Positions 25,988 through 39,521 are shown, numbered from the stretch's first letter. The stretch is 64,000 bases of DNA from Eledone cirrhosa (GCA_964016885.1 OZ024741.1:70742001-70806000), one strand, 5' to 3'. Numbers and translations: made by a program. The notes: a model not told the origin generated them from the sequence alone.

Positions 25988-28110
25988 AGTCTTAGCCAGG
26001 TTAATTTTAAGGCCTTTTGATTCTAGGCCGTGCTTCCACGTTTGGAATTTCTTCTCTAGTTCGGTCATTGATTCAGCTATGAGCGTTAGATCATCTGCGT
26101 ATAGGAGTTCCCATGGGCAGCCGGTCTTGAACTCCTCTGTTATAGCCTGAAGGGCAATAATAAATAGTAGGGGGCTAAGTACAGAGCCCTGATGGACACC
26201 AACTTTTACGCTAAACTCTTCACTATATTCGTTGTTAATTCTAACCTTACTGACTGTTTCTTTATACATGGCTTGTATAGCTCTCACAAGCCATTCGTCA
26301 ACACCTAGTTTTCTAAGAGACCACCAGATAATGGAACGGGGGACTCTGTCGAAGGCTTTCTCCAAGTCGACAAAAGCTAAGTATAGGGGTTTACTTTTAG
26401 CTAGGTACTTCTCCTGTAGTTGTCGTACAATGAAAAGAGCGTCTGTGGTACTTTTGCCTGACACAAACCCGAACTGCATTTCATCTAGATCAATTCTCTC
26501 TCTGATTAGTTGCGCTATTACTTTTTCCGTGACCTTCATGACCTGGTCGATTAATTTAATGCCTCTATAGTTACTCCTATCTAGGGCATCTCCTTTTCCC
26601 TTATAGCAGTTAACGATGATGCTGCTACGCCATTCCTTCGGAACAACCCCATTCTGTACGACTTGGTTAACTATCCGGGTGACCATGGTGTGTCCCACCG
26701 AACCAGATGCCTTCAGCATCTCAGCAACTATTTCCGAAGGCCCAGCCGCCTTACCCGTCTTCATATCTTTGATTGCCTTACTTATTATACTACCTTCAAC
26801 TAACACTACTGGTCCCTCTATTGGATCGATCTGGGGGAGACTGTCTTTCTCCCATTTGTTCTCCTCATTTAGAAGCCTTTCGTAGTGACACTTCCAAGCT
26901 ACCTTCTTATCAGCGTCGGTGATGGCAAGTATGCCATCATCGTTAAGTACACACTTCTCCCCGACAATATCACGGTTTTCCTTGACACATTGCCTGGCAA
27001 TCCTGAACACCTCACGTTTTTGGTCCTCACGTTGTAGAACATGCTTGAACTTTCTTTCCTCTGCTTCCCTTCTTGCGAAGTACACTTGTCTCCTAGCTTC
27101 CCTCCTGGCCACTTGATAGTCTTCTCTACTTCCCCCATCCCGCCATACTTTCCAAGCCTGCTTTTTGGCCTTAATTGACTCCTCCACCTTACTGTTCCAC
27201 CACCATGTTACTCTCCTTCTACCTACAGGCCTGCTCCAGCCACAGACTTCGTCTGCCGCCGTCAGCAGGTTTGCTCTCAGGAATTCCCACTGTTCCTCTA
27301 TATTATACGACTCTAATTGCTCTTCCTTACTGTCGAAAGCGTCAAGTAATTTGCTTTGAAATTTATTTCTGGCTATGGGGTCCTTTAGCTTCCATATTTT
27401 TCTCCTGAGGATAGTCCTCTTCCGCTGTCTAGTACGTCTCGTCCTGACTATGAGGTCGCTAATTATCAGTCTATGTTGGGAGGTGAATTCTTCATGGGGG
27501 TGGGATTTAGTGTTAACAACAGACACTCTGTCACGTCTTCTGGTAAGGATATAATCTACCTGGCTTGTGTGTTCCCCCGATCTATAGGTGATCAAGTGAT
27601 TGTCTCGTTTTTTGAAGTTAGTGTTACAGATAGTTAAGTTATTTGCGTCGCAGAATTCCAGGATTCTGGAGCCTTCCTCATTTCTAGTACCGAACCCATA
27701 GCCTCCATGGATTCCGTCATAGCCGTCACAATGTTGTCCAACGTGACCATTTAGGTCGCCTGCAATAACTATATAGTCACTGTCGGTTATTTGGGAGGTA
27801 GCGAGCATCAGTGTCTCGTAGAATCTGTCTTTTATAGCGCGGGGCAGTCCGGATTGGGGTGCGTACGCAGATATTACTGTCACCGTAGTTTTATTGAGGA
27901 CAAGTCTTATTTTAATTATTCTGTCGTTCACTCTATTTACGTCTATTATCTTATCTGCCCACTTTTCTGCTACCATGATTCCTACCCCACCCAACCCATT
28001 GTCATTTCCCACCCAGAAAAGCTTATAGCATCGTTCTTTACCCACGATGAATCTAGCCGACCCTCCCCTCCACCTGGTCTCTTGAATACAACAAACATCG
28101 ACCTCCTTAC
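25988..28110 (-). mobile_element. RTE family A internal fragment (APE to YADD), both ends missing
   Basis: Open frame from [13 protein letters not shown] to KINLAKT, highly similar to the full copy. Confidence 0.93.
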
Positions 28111-28134
28111 ATATATATATATACATATATATAC

Positions 28135-28165
<31 letters not shown>

Positions 28166-28270
28166 TATATACATATATATATACATATATATATACATAC
28201 ATATATATACATATATATATACATAAACATATATATATATACATATATATACATATATATATACATATAC

Positions 28271-28301
<31 letters not shown>

Positions 28302-28349
28302 CATATATATACATATATATACACACATATATATATATGTATATACATA

Positions 28350-28738
28350 TAAAACCTACTACAGCCAGTAGGCATCTCTAACAAAATACACCCCCGTCCC
28401 ACCACCCACACCCCCATCCACACCACCCCCTCCTATGTAAAGTTATGTTGGTGCCACAACATCCAGGCCGAAACAAATGAGATCGTGTAGGTGTCACGAC
28501 AAAAAAACACACAGTCCACGCTGTAATGTGGCCGCGTAGGCAACACGGTAAAAACCTCCCAGTCCCACACTGTAAATGTGGTTGGTGTTAGGAAGGGCAT
28601 CCAACTGTAGAAAACCTGCCAGACAGTCCTATGCGAGCAAGACAATCACTCTTGCCTCAAGTGGGAATACCCCCGTCCAAACCCATGCAAGCGTGGAACA
28701 CGGACATTAAACGTTGATGATGATGATGATGATGATGA
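28350..28738 (+). mobile_element. RTE family A 3'UTR-only insertion
   Basis: Matches the reverse complement of 29287-29660; (GAT)n tail. Confidence 0.9.
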
Positions 28739-28825
28739 TATATATATATACATATATATATATACATATACATATATATATACATATACATATATATATA
28801 TATACATATACATATATATATACAC

Positions 28826-28872
<47 letters not shown>

Positions 28873-28883
28873 CATATATATAC

Positions 28884-28930
<47 letters not shown>

Positions 28931-29059
28931 CATATATCTATATATACATATATATATATATATACATATATATACACATATATATACATATATATATACA
29001 CATATATATACATATATATATACACATATATATATATATATACATACATATATATACAC

Positions 29060-29144
<85 letters not shown>

Positions 29145-29177
29145 CATATACATATATATACATATACATATATATAT

Positions 29178-29246
<69 letters not shown>

Positions 29247-29286
29247 CATATATATATACATATATATATATATACATATATATATA

Positions 29287-32200
29287 CATCATCATCATCA
29301 TCATCATCAACGTTTAACGTCCGTGTTCCACGCTTGCATGGGTTTGGACGGGGGTAGTCCCACTTGAGGCAAGAGTGATTGTCTTGCTCGCATAGGACTG
29401 TCTGGCAGGTTTTCTACAGTTGGATGCCCTTCCTAACACCAACCACATTTACAGTGTGGGTCTGGGAGGTTTTTACCGTGTTGCCTACACGGCCACATTA
29501 CAGCGTGGACTGTGTGTTTTTTGTCGTGACACCTACACGATCTCATTTGTTTCGGCCTGGATGGCGCGGCACCAACATAACTTTACATAGAACGGGGTGG
29601 TGTGGATGGGGTGGGGGTGGCGGCGGGAGGGGTGTATTTTGTTAGAGATGCCTACTGGCAAGGCGGGTCTTCTCTGTTACTGAGTACCGCCAAAGGTCAC
29701 GGTCCAGTGACATTGTCTTGGAGAGGTGTAAGTGTGTGAGGTCGGAGTTTATCAGCTCATCCCATGTTTTTCTAGGTCTGCCTATTCCGTGGCTACCGTC
29801 TATCTTTATTGCCCTGCACTTTGTAATACAGCTATCGACTTTCATGCGCATCACGTGTCCATACCAACGCAGCCTTCTCTCGAGTAAACAACATCTGATC
29901 CCTCTTATCTCTAATTTTTTCCTTAGTTCGTTTATGCTTTGCCGTTCACGTATATTACTGTTACACATCCAGCGGAGCATGCAAGCTTCGTTCCTCTCTA
30001 GTCTGCGTATATCCTCTGCACACAATGCCCAGGTCTCACTACCATGCAACATTGCTGTTCGTATGCAGGCATCGTACAACCTGCCTTTCATTTTTAGGGA
30101 GAACCCTTTAGCAGCTAATAGTGGTATAAGCTCTCTGAACTTTTTCCAACCAGTTCTGACTCTAGCTACAGTACTTTCAGAGCACCCTCCCCCACTGCTG
30201 ATTTTATCGCCCAGGTAACGGAAGCTGTCCACTATTTCTATAAAACCCTCTGCGCAATTGAAAGAGCTAGTATTTTGTGGGCACTTGCTGCTACTTATTG
30301 CACCAGAACACCGGCCACATGTAAAGTCTATGTTCTTAGTTAGCTTACCTGTGATCCCACTACATCTTTTATGCACCCATACTTTGCATTTAGGACATAA
30401 GATGGAGTTTCTACCTACGCCTTTCCTACATACCGAGCACGACCATTTCCCAGAAGGGACCGCCGCCTTGTTTTCTTTCCTACAAACTAGAACTTTGGTC
30501 TTAGCCAGGTTAATTTTAAGTCCTTTTGACTCTAGGCCGTGCTTCCATGTTTGGAATTTCTTCTCTAGCTCGGCCATTGATTCCGCTATGAGTGTCAGGT
30601 CGTCTGCGTATAGGAGTTCCCATGGGCAGCCTGTCTTGAACTCCTCTGTTATAGCCTGAAGGGCAATAATAAATAGTAGGGGGCTGAGAACAGAGCCCTG
30701 ATGGACGCCAACTTTTACGCTAAACTCTTCACTATATTCGTTGTTAATTCTAACCTTGCTGACTGTTTCTTTATACATGGCTTGTATAGCCCTCACAAGC
30801 CATTCGTCAACGCCTAGTTTTCTAAGAGCCCACCAGATAATGGAGCGGGGGACTCTGTCGAAGGCTTTCTCCAGGTCGACAAAAGCTAAGTAGAGGGGTT
30901 TACCTTTAGCTAGGTACTTCTCCTGTAGTTGTCGTACTATGAAAAGAGCGTCTGTGGTGCTTTTGCCTGACACAAACCCGAACTGCATTTCATCTAGATC
31001 AATTCTCTCTCTGATTAGTTGCGCTATTACTTTTTCCGTGACCTTCATGACCTGGTCGATTAATTTAATGCCTCTATAGTTACTCCTATCTAGGGCGTCT
31101 CCTTTACCCTTATAACAGTTAACGATGATGCTGCTATGCCAGTCCTTCGGAACAACCCCATTCTGTACGACTTGGTTAACTATGCGGGTGACCATGGTGT
31201 GTCCCACCGTGCCAGATGCCTTCAGCATCTCAGCAACTATTTCCGAAGGCCCAGCCGCCTTACCAGTCTTCATATCCTTGATTGCCTTACTTATTATACT
31301 CCCCTCGACTAACACTGCTGGTCCCTCTATCGGGTCGATATGGGGGAGACTGTCTTTCTCCCATTTATTCTCCTCATTTAGTAGCCTTTCATAGTGACAC
31401 TTCCAAGCTACCTTCTTATCAGTGTCGGTGATGGCAAGTATGCCATCATCGTTAAGTACACACTTCTCCCCGACAATATCACGGTTTTCCTTGACGCATT
31501 GCCTGGCAATCCTGAACACCTCACGTTTTTGGTCATCGCGTTGTAGAACATGCTTGAACTTTCTTTCCTCAGCTTCCCTTCTTGCTAAGTACACTTCTCT
31601 CCTAGCTTCCCTCCTGGCCACTTGATAGTCTACTCTACTTCCCCCATCCCGCCATACTTTCCAAGCCTGCTTTTTGGCCTTAATTGACCCCTCCACCTTA
31701 CTGTTCCACCACCATGTTACTCTCCTCCTGCCTACAGGCCTGCTCCAGCCACAGACTTCGTCTGTCGCCAACAGCAGGTTAGCTTTCAGAAATTTCCACT
31801 GTCCCTCTATATTGTCCGATTCTAGATGCTCTTCCTTACTGTCGAAAGCATCAAGTAATATGCTTTGAAATTTATTTCTGGCTGTGGGGTCTTTTAGTTT
31901 CCATATTTTCCTCCTGAGGATAGTCCTCTTCTGCTGTCGGGTGCGTCTCGTCCTGACTATGAGGTCGCTAATTATCAGTCTATGTTGGGAGGTGCATTCT
32001 TCATGGGGGAGGGATTTAGTGTTTACAACAGACACTCTGTCACGTCTTCTGGTAAGGATATAATCTACCTGGCTTGTGTGTTCCCCGGATCTATAGGTAA
32101 TCAGGTGATTGTCACGTTTTTTGAAGTTAGTGTTACAGATAGTTAGGTTATTTGCATCACAGTATTCCAGAATTCTGGAGCCTTCCTCATTTCTAGTACC

Positions 32201-33143
32201 AAACCCATAGCCTCCATGGATTTCGTCATAGCCGTCACAATGTTGTCCAACGTGACCATTTAGGTCGCCTGCAATAATTATATAGTCACTGTCAGATATT
32301 TGGGAGGTAGTTAGCAACAGTGTCTCATAGAATCTGTCTTTTATAGTGCCGGGCAGTCCGGATTGGGGTGCGTACGCAGATATTACTGTCACCGTAGTTC
32401 TATTGAGGACAAGTCTTATTTTAATTATTCTGTCGTTCACTCTATTTACGTCTATTATCTTATCTGCCCACTTTTCTGCTACCATGATTCCTACTCCACC
32501 CAGCCCATCGTCGTTTCCCACCCAGAAAAGCTTATAACATCGTTTTTTACCCTCAATGAATCTAGCAGACCCACCCCTCCACCTGGTCTCTTGAATACAA
32601 CAAACATCGACCTCCTTACGTTCAAGCATTTCTACAACCTCGTTAGCGCGACCCTTTAGGGTGCCTACATTTATGGTACCAACTCTGAAGTTTTGGGTTG
32701 CGTTTGGAGGGTGGGGGTGGTGGGGGGCGGGAGGAGATAGGGTTATGTTAGCCATCCGCGGACGAAACAAAGAGGAGTGCTCGCATTCTCGTCCACGAGG
32801 TGAATTTGACTTTAACTTTGGCATTTTCGCTCTGGGCGTCCAGATTTTTCTCTCCCTTCCACTCTCCAAGGATTCCGCAGTCCGTCCGTCCATCCATCCA
32901 TCCATCCATCATATATCGAAGGCAACCGGGCAAGCGATAGTATAGGCCTCTGGCTTATGATTTGGTCCGCGTAATAATAATAATGGTGATGCGTGGGGGT
33001 GGGGGTGGGTGGCTCTGGCTTATAATAATGGTGGTGATGCGGGGGGGGGCTCTGGCTTATGATTGGTCCACGTATTAAGTATGGTGGCGTGTGGGGGCGG
33101 GTGGGAGGGGTGTGGGGTAGCTAGCTGGAAGGTTATGAATGTT
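29287..33143 (-). mobile_element. Apparently full-length RTE LINE (family A)
   Basis: (ATG)n tail, 3'UTR, a single long ORF and a C-rich 5' region with internal sub-repeats. Confidence 0.93.
29642..32905 (-). CDS. RTE LINE polyprotein: AP endonuclease plus reverse transcriptase with an inserted PHD-type finger (true start may be 32824 or 32755)
   Basis: [34 protein letters not shown]; [53 protein letters not shown]. 1087 aa without a stop. Confidence 0.93.
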   Translation of the reverse strand: MDGWMDGRTAESLESGRERKIWTPRAKMPKLKSNSPRGRECEHSSLFRPRMANITLSPPAPHHPHPPNATQNFRVGTINVGTLKGRANEVVEMLERKEVDVCCIQETRWRGGSARFIEGKKRCYKLFWVGNDDGLGGVGIMVAEKWADKIIDVNRVNDRIIKIRLVLNRTTVTVISAYAPQSGLPGTIKDRFYETLLLTTSQISDSDYIIIAGDLNGHVGQHCDGYDEIHGGYGFGTRNEEGSRILEYCDANNLTICNTNFKKRDNHLITYRSGEHTSQVDYILTRRRDRVSVVNTKSLPHEECTSQHRLIISDLIVRTRRTRQQKRTILRRKIWKLKDPTARNKFQSILLDAFDSKEEHLESDNIEGQWKFLKANLLLATDEVCGWSRPVGRRRVTWWWNSKVEGSIKAKKQAWKVWRDGGSRVDYQVARREARREVYLARREAEERKFKHVLQRDDQKREVFRIARQCVKENRDIVGEKCVLNDDGILAITDTDKKVAWKCHYERLLNEENKWEKDSLPHIDPIEGPAVLVEGSIISKAIKDMKTGKAAGPSEIVAEMLKASGTVGHTMVTRIVNQVVQNGVVPKDWHSSIIVNCYKGKGDALDRSNYRGIKLIDQVMKVTEKVIAQLIRERIDLDEMQFGFVSGKSTTDALFIVRQLQEKYLAKGKPLYLAFVDLEKAFDRVPRSIIWWALRKLGVDEWLVRAIQAMYKETVSKVRINNEYSEEFSVKVGVHQGSVLSPLLFIIALQAITEEFKTGCPWELLYADDLTLIAESMAELEKKFQTWKHGLESKGLKINLAKTKVLVCRKENKAAVPSGKWSCSVCRKGVGRNSILCPKCKVWVHKRCSGITGKLTKNIDFTCGRCSGAISSSKCPQNTSSFNCAEGFIEIVDSFRYLGDKISSGGGCSESTVARVRTGWKKFRELIPLLAAKGFSLKMKGRLYDACIRTAMLHGSETWALCAEDIRRLERNEACMLRWMCNSNIRERQSINELRKKLEIRGIRCCLLERRLRWYGHVMRMKVDSCITKCRAIKIDGSHGIGRPRKTWDELINSDLTHLHLSKTMSLDRDLWRYSVTEKTRLASRHL

Positions 33144-33144
33144 G

Positions 33145-33409
33145 GAAGGTTATGAATGTTTAACAAGCGATTTAACAAAAAGCAAAACTGCAAGATTTGT
33201 TCTGTTCAATACGACAAAAACACCGTATTTAAACCTTAAATAGATAACAAAAAAATACAGATTTCGGATTTTGCGAGATTGGATGTTTGTTTGGACTGTG
33301 TACGGAATTGAGCGTGGAAATGGAGAGAAGGATTGTACTTTACGGTTTACATGAGTCCATCATAGAAATAATTGAAGCAGAGTGGATAAACATGAAGGAA
33401 AACTTATCT

Positions 33410-33450
<41 letters not shown>

Positions 33451-33918
33451 CTAAGCGAGAGATAGAGGGGAAGAAAGAGAGGGGGGGGGGAGATAGTGGC
33501 TGACCGCAGCCCCCTCGTGGAGAAGCAGGAGGGTGAAGGGGTGGATCGGCTTTTTGACTTTCAAGTAGCATACTATATATATTTAAAGTAATTTATAAGT
33601 AGAATGGGGAGGATTTTGTTTTTTTTGTTTGAGAATACGATAGAATTAAGATAGAAGGTTATGAATGTTTAACAAGCGATTTAACAAAAAGCAAAACTGC
33701 AAGATTTGTTCTGTTCAATACGACAAAAACACCGTATTTAAACCTTAAATAGATAACAAAAAAATACAGATTTCGGATTTTGCGAGATTGGATGTTTGTT
33801 TGGACTGTGTACGGAATTGAGCGTGGAAATGGAGAGAAGGATTGTACTTTACGGTTTACATGAGTCCATCATAGAAATAATTGAAGCAGAGTGGATAAAC
33901 ATGAAGGAAAACTTATCT

Positions 33919-33959
<41 letters not shown>

Positions 33960-34428
33960 CTAAGCGAGAGATAGAGGGGAAGAAAGAGAGGGGGGGGGGG
34001 AGATAGTGGCTGACCGCAGCCCCCTCGTGGAGAAGCAGGAGGGTGAAGGGGTGGATCGGCTTTTTGACTTTCAAGTAGCATACTATATATATTTAAAGTA
34101 ATTTATAAGTAGAATGGGGAGGATTTTGTTTTTTTTGTTTGAGAATACGATAGAATTAAGATAGAAGGTTATGAATGTTTAACAAGCGATTTAACAAAAA
34201 GCAAAACTGCAAGATTTGTTCTGTTCAATACGACAAAAACACCGTATTTAAACCTTAAATAGATAACAAAAAAATACAGATTTCGGATTTTGCGAGATTG
34301 GATGTTTGTTTGGACTGTGTACGGAATTGAGCGTGGAAATGGAGAGAAGGATTGTACTTTACGGTTTACATGAGTCCATCATAGAAATAATTGAAGCAGA
34401 GTGGATAAACATGAAGGAAAACTTATCT

Positions 34429-34469
<41 letters not shown>

Positions 34470-34938
34470 CTAAGCGAGAGATAGAGGGGAAGAAAGAGAG
34501 GGGGGGGGGGAGATAGTGGCTGACCGCAGCCCCCTCGTGGAGAAGCAGGAGGGTGAAGGGGTGGATCGGCTTTTTGACTTTCAAGTAGCATACTATATAT
34601 ATTTAAAGTAATTTATAAGTAGAATGGGGAGGATTTTGTTTTTTTTGTTTGAGAATACGATAGAATTAAGATAGAAGGTTATGAATGTTTAACAAGCGAT
34701 TTAACAAAAAGCAAAACTGCAAGATTTGTTCTGTTCAATACGACAAAAACACCGTATTTAAACCTTAAATAGATAACAAAAAAATACAGATTTCGGATTT
34801 TGCGAGATTGGATGTTTGTTTGGACTGTGTACGGAATTGAGCGTGGAAATGGAGAGAAGGATTGTACTTTACGGTTTACATGAGTCCATCATAGAAATAA
34901 TTGAAGCAGAGTGGATAAACATGAAGGAAAACTTATCT

Positions 34939-34979
<41 letters not shown>

Positions 34980-35448
34980 CTAAGCGAGAGATAGAGGGGA
35001 AGAAAGAGAGGGGGGGGGGGAGATAGTGGCTGACCGCAGCCCCCTCGTGGAGAAGCAGGAGGGTGAAGGGGTGGATCGGCTTTTTGACTTTCAAGTAGCA
35101 TACTATATATATTTAAAGTAATTTATAAGTAGAATGGGGAGGATTTTGTTTTTTTTGTTTGAGAATACGATAGAATTAAGATAGAAGGTTATGAATGTTT
35201 AACAAGCGATTTAACAAAAAGCAAAACTGCAAGATTTGTTCTGTTCAATACGACAAAAACACCGTATTTAAACCTTAAATAGATAACAAAAAAATACAGA
35301 TTTCGGATTTTGCGAGATTGGATGTTTGTTTGGACTGTGTACGGAATTGAGCGTGGAAATGGAGAGAAGGATTGTACTTTACGGTTTACATGAGTCCATC
35401 ATAGAAATAATTGAAGCAGAGTGGATAAACATGAAGGAAAACTTATCT

Positions 35449-35489
<41 letters not shown>

Positions 35490-35959
35490 CTAAGCGAGAG
35501 ATAGAGGGGAAGAAAGAGAGGGGGGGGGGGGAGATAGTGGCTGACCGCAGCCCCCTCGTGGAGAAGCAGGAGGGTGAAGGGGTGGATCGGCTTTTTGACT
35601 TTCAAGTAGCATACTATATATATTTAAAGTAATTTATAAGTAGAATGGGGAGGATTTTGTTTTTTTTGTTTGAGAATACGATAGAATTAAGATAGAAGGT
35701 TATGAATGTTTAACAAGCGATTTAACAAAAAGCAAAACTGCAAGATTTGTTCTGTTCAATACGACAAAAACACCGTATTTAAACCTTAAATAGATAACAA
35801 AAAAATACAGATTTCGGATTTTGCGAGATTGGATGTTTGTTTGGACTGTGTACGGAATTGAGCGTGGAAATGGAGAGAAGGATTGTACTTTACGGTTTAC
35901 ATGAGTCCATCATAGAAATAATTGAAGCAGAGTGGATAAACATGAAGGAAAACTTATCT

Positions 35960-36000
<41 letters not shown>

Positions 36001-36469
36001 CTAAGCGAGAGATAGAGGGGAAGAAAGAGAGGGGGGGGGGGAGATAGTGGCTGACCGCAGCCCCCTCGTGGAGAAGCAGGAGGGTGAAGGGGTGGATCGG
36101 CTTTTTGACTTTCAAGTAGCATACTATATATATTTAAAGTAATTTATAAGTAGAATGGGGAGGATTTTGTTTTTTTTGTTTGAGAATACGATAGAATTAA
36201 GATAGAAGGTTATGAATGTTTAACAAGCGATTTAACAAAAAGCAAAACTGCAAGATTTGTTCTGTTCAATACGACAAAAACACCGTATTTAAACCTTAAA
36301 TAGATAACAAAAAAATACAGATTTCGGATTTTGCGAGATTGGATGTTTGTTTGGACTGTGTACGGAATTGAGCGTGGAAATGGAGAGAAGGATTGTACTT
36401 TACGGTTTACATGAGTCCATCATAGAAATAATTGAAGCAGAGTGGATAAACATGAAGGAAAACTTATCT

Positions 36470-36510
<41 letters not shown>

Positions 36511-36979
36511 CTAAGCGAGAGATAGAGGGGAAGAAAGAGAGGGGGGGGGGGAGATAGTGGCTGACCGCAGCCCCCTCGTGGAGAAGCAGGAGGGTGAAGG
36601 GGTGGATCGGCTTTTTGACTTTCAAGTAGCATACTATATATATTTAAAGTAATTTATAAGTAGAATGGGGAGGATTTTGTTTTTTTTGTTTGAGAATACG
36701 ATAGAATTAAGATAGAAGGTTATGAATGTTTAACAAGCGATTTAACAAAAAGCAAAACTGCAAGATTTGTTCTGTTCAATACGACAAAAACACCGTATTT
36801 AAACCTTAAATAGATAACAAAAAAATACAGATTTCGGATTTTGCGAGATTGGATGTTTGTTTGGACTGTGTACGGAATTGAGCGTGGAAATGGAGAGAAG
36901 GATTGTACTTTACGGTTTACATGAGTCCATCATAGAAATAATTGAAGCAGAGTGGATAAACATGAAGGAAAACTTATCT

Positions 36980-37016
<37 letters not shown>

Positions 37017-37487
37017 AGCTAAGCGAGAGATAGAGGGGAAGAAAGAGAGGGGGGGGGGGAGATAGTGGCTGACCGCAGCCCCCTCGTGGAGAAGCAGGAG
37101 GGTGAAGGGGTGGATCGGCTTTTTGACTTTCAAGTAGCATACTATATATATTTAAAGTAATTTATAAGTAGAATGGGGAGGATTTTGTTTTTTTTGTTTG
37201 AGAATACGATAGAATTAAGATAGAAGGTTATGAATGTTTAACAAGCGATTTAACAAAAAGCAAAACTGCAAGATTTGTTCTGTTCAATACGACAAAAACA
37301 CCGTATTTAAACCTTAAATAGATAACAAAAAAATACAGATTTCGGATTTTGCGAGATTGGATGTTTGTTTGGACTGTGTACGGAATTGAGCGTGGAAATG
37401 GAGAGAAGGATTGTACTTTACGGTTTACATGAGTCCATCATAGAAATAATTGAAGCAGAGTGGATAAACATGAAGGAAAACTTATCT

Positions 37488-37524
<37 letters not shown>

Positions 37525-37995
37525 AGCTAAGCGAGAGATAGAGGGGAAGAAAGAGAGGGGGGGGGGGAGATAGTGGCTGACCGCAGCCCCCTCGTGGAGA
37601 AGCAGGAGGGTGAAGGGGTGGATCGGCTTTTTGACTTTCAAGTAGCATACTATATATATTTAAAGTAATTTATAAGTAGAATGGGGAGGATTTTGTTTTT
37701 TTTGTTTGAGAATACGATAGAATTAAGATAGAAGGTTATGAATGTTTAACAAGCGATTTAACAAAAAGCAAAACTGCAAGATTTGTTCTGTTCAATACGA
37801 CAAAAACACCGTATTTAAACCTTAAATAGATAACAAAAAAATACAGATTTCGGATTTTGCGAGATTGGATGTTTGTTTGGACTGTGTACGGAATTGAGCG
37901 TGGAAATGGAGAGAAGGATTGTACTTTACGGTTTACATGAGTCCATCATAGAAATAATTGAAGCAGAGTGGATAAACATGAAGGAAAACTTATCT

Positions 37996-38032
<37 letters not shown>

Positions 38033-38503
38033 AGCTAAGCGAGAGATAGAGGGGAAGAAAGAGAGGGGGGGGGGGAGATAGTGGCTGACCGCAGCCCCCT
38101 CGTGGAGAAGCAGGAGGGTGAAGGGGTGGATCGGCTTTTTGACTTTCAAGTAGCATACTATATATATTTAAAGTAATTTATAAGTAGAATGGGGAGGATT
38201 TTGTTTTTTTTGTTTGAGAATACGATAGAATTAAGATAGAAGGTTATGAATGTTTAACAAGCGATTTAACAAAAAGCAAAACTGCAAGATTTGTTCTGTT
38301 CAATACGACAAAAACACCGTATTTAAACCTTAAATAGATAACAAAAAAATACAGATTTCGGATTTTGCGAGATTGGATGTTTGTTTGGACTGTGTACGGA
38401 ATTGAGCGTGGAAATGGAGAGAAGGATTGTACTTTACGGTTTACATGAGTCCATCATAGAAATAATTGAAGCAGAGTGGATAAACATGAAGGAAAACTTA
38501 TCT

Positions 38504-38540
<37 letters not shown>

Positions 38541-39011
38541 AGCTAAGCGAGAGATAGAGGGGAAGAAAGAGAGGGGGGGGGGGAGATAGTGGCTGACCGC
38601 AGCCCCCTCGTGGAGAAGCAGGAGGGTGAAGGGGTGGATCGGCTTTTTGACTTTCAAGTAGCATACTATATATATTTAAAGTAATTTATAAGTAGAATGG
38701 GGAGGATTTTGTTTTTTTTGTTTGAGAATACGATAGAATTAAGATAGAAGGTTATGAATGTTTAACAAGCGATTTAACAAAAAGCAAAACTGCAAGATTT
38801 GTTCTGTTCAATACGACAAAAACACCGTATTTAAACCTTAAATAGATAACAAAAAAATACAGATTTCGGATTTTGCGAGATTGGATGTTTGTTTGGACTG
38901 TGTACGGAATTGAGCGTGGAAATGGAGAGAAGGATTGTACTTTACGGTTTACATGAGTCCATCATAGAAATAATTGAAGCAGAGTGGATAAACATGAAGG
39001 AAAACTTATCT

Positions 39012-39052
<41 letters not shown>

Positions 39053-39521
39053 CTAAGCGAGAGATAGAGGGGAAGAAAGAGAGGGGGGGGGGGAGATAGT
39101 GGCTGACCGCAGCCCCCTCGTGGAGAAGCAGGAGGGTGAAGGGGTGGATCGGCTTTTTGACTTTCAAGTAGCATACTATATATATTTAAAGTAATTTATA
39201 AGTAGAATGGGGAGGATTTTGTTTTTTTTGTTTGAGAATACGATAGAATTAAGATAGAAGGTTATGAATGTTTAACAAGCGATTTAACAAAAAGCAAAAC
39301 TGCAAGATTTGTTCTGTTCAATACGACAAAAACACCGTATTTAAACCTTAAATAGATAACAAAAAAATACAGATTTCGGATTTTGCGAGATTGGATGTTT
39401 GTTTGGACTGTGTACGGAATTGAGCGTGGAAATGGAGAGAAGGATTGTACTTTACGGTTTACATGAGTCCATCATAGAAATAATTGAAGCAGAGTGGATA
39501 AACATGAAGGAAAACTTATCT

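Noticed and set aside
32740-32815. HDV-like ribozyme at the RTE 5' end (ttcacctcgtgg..ggctaa on the minus strand), and cccctcgtgg in the monomer
   Set aside because: Only a simple hairpin could be paired; P1, P2 and P3 of the nested pseudoknot could not be built by eye.
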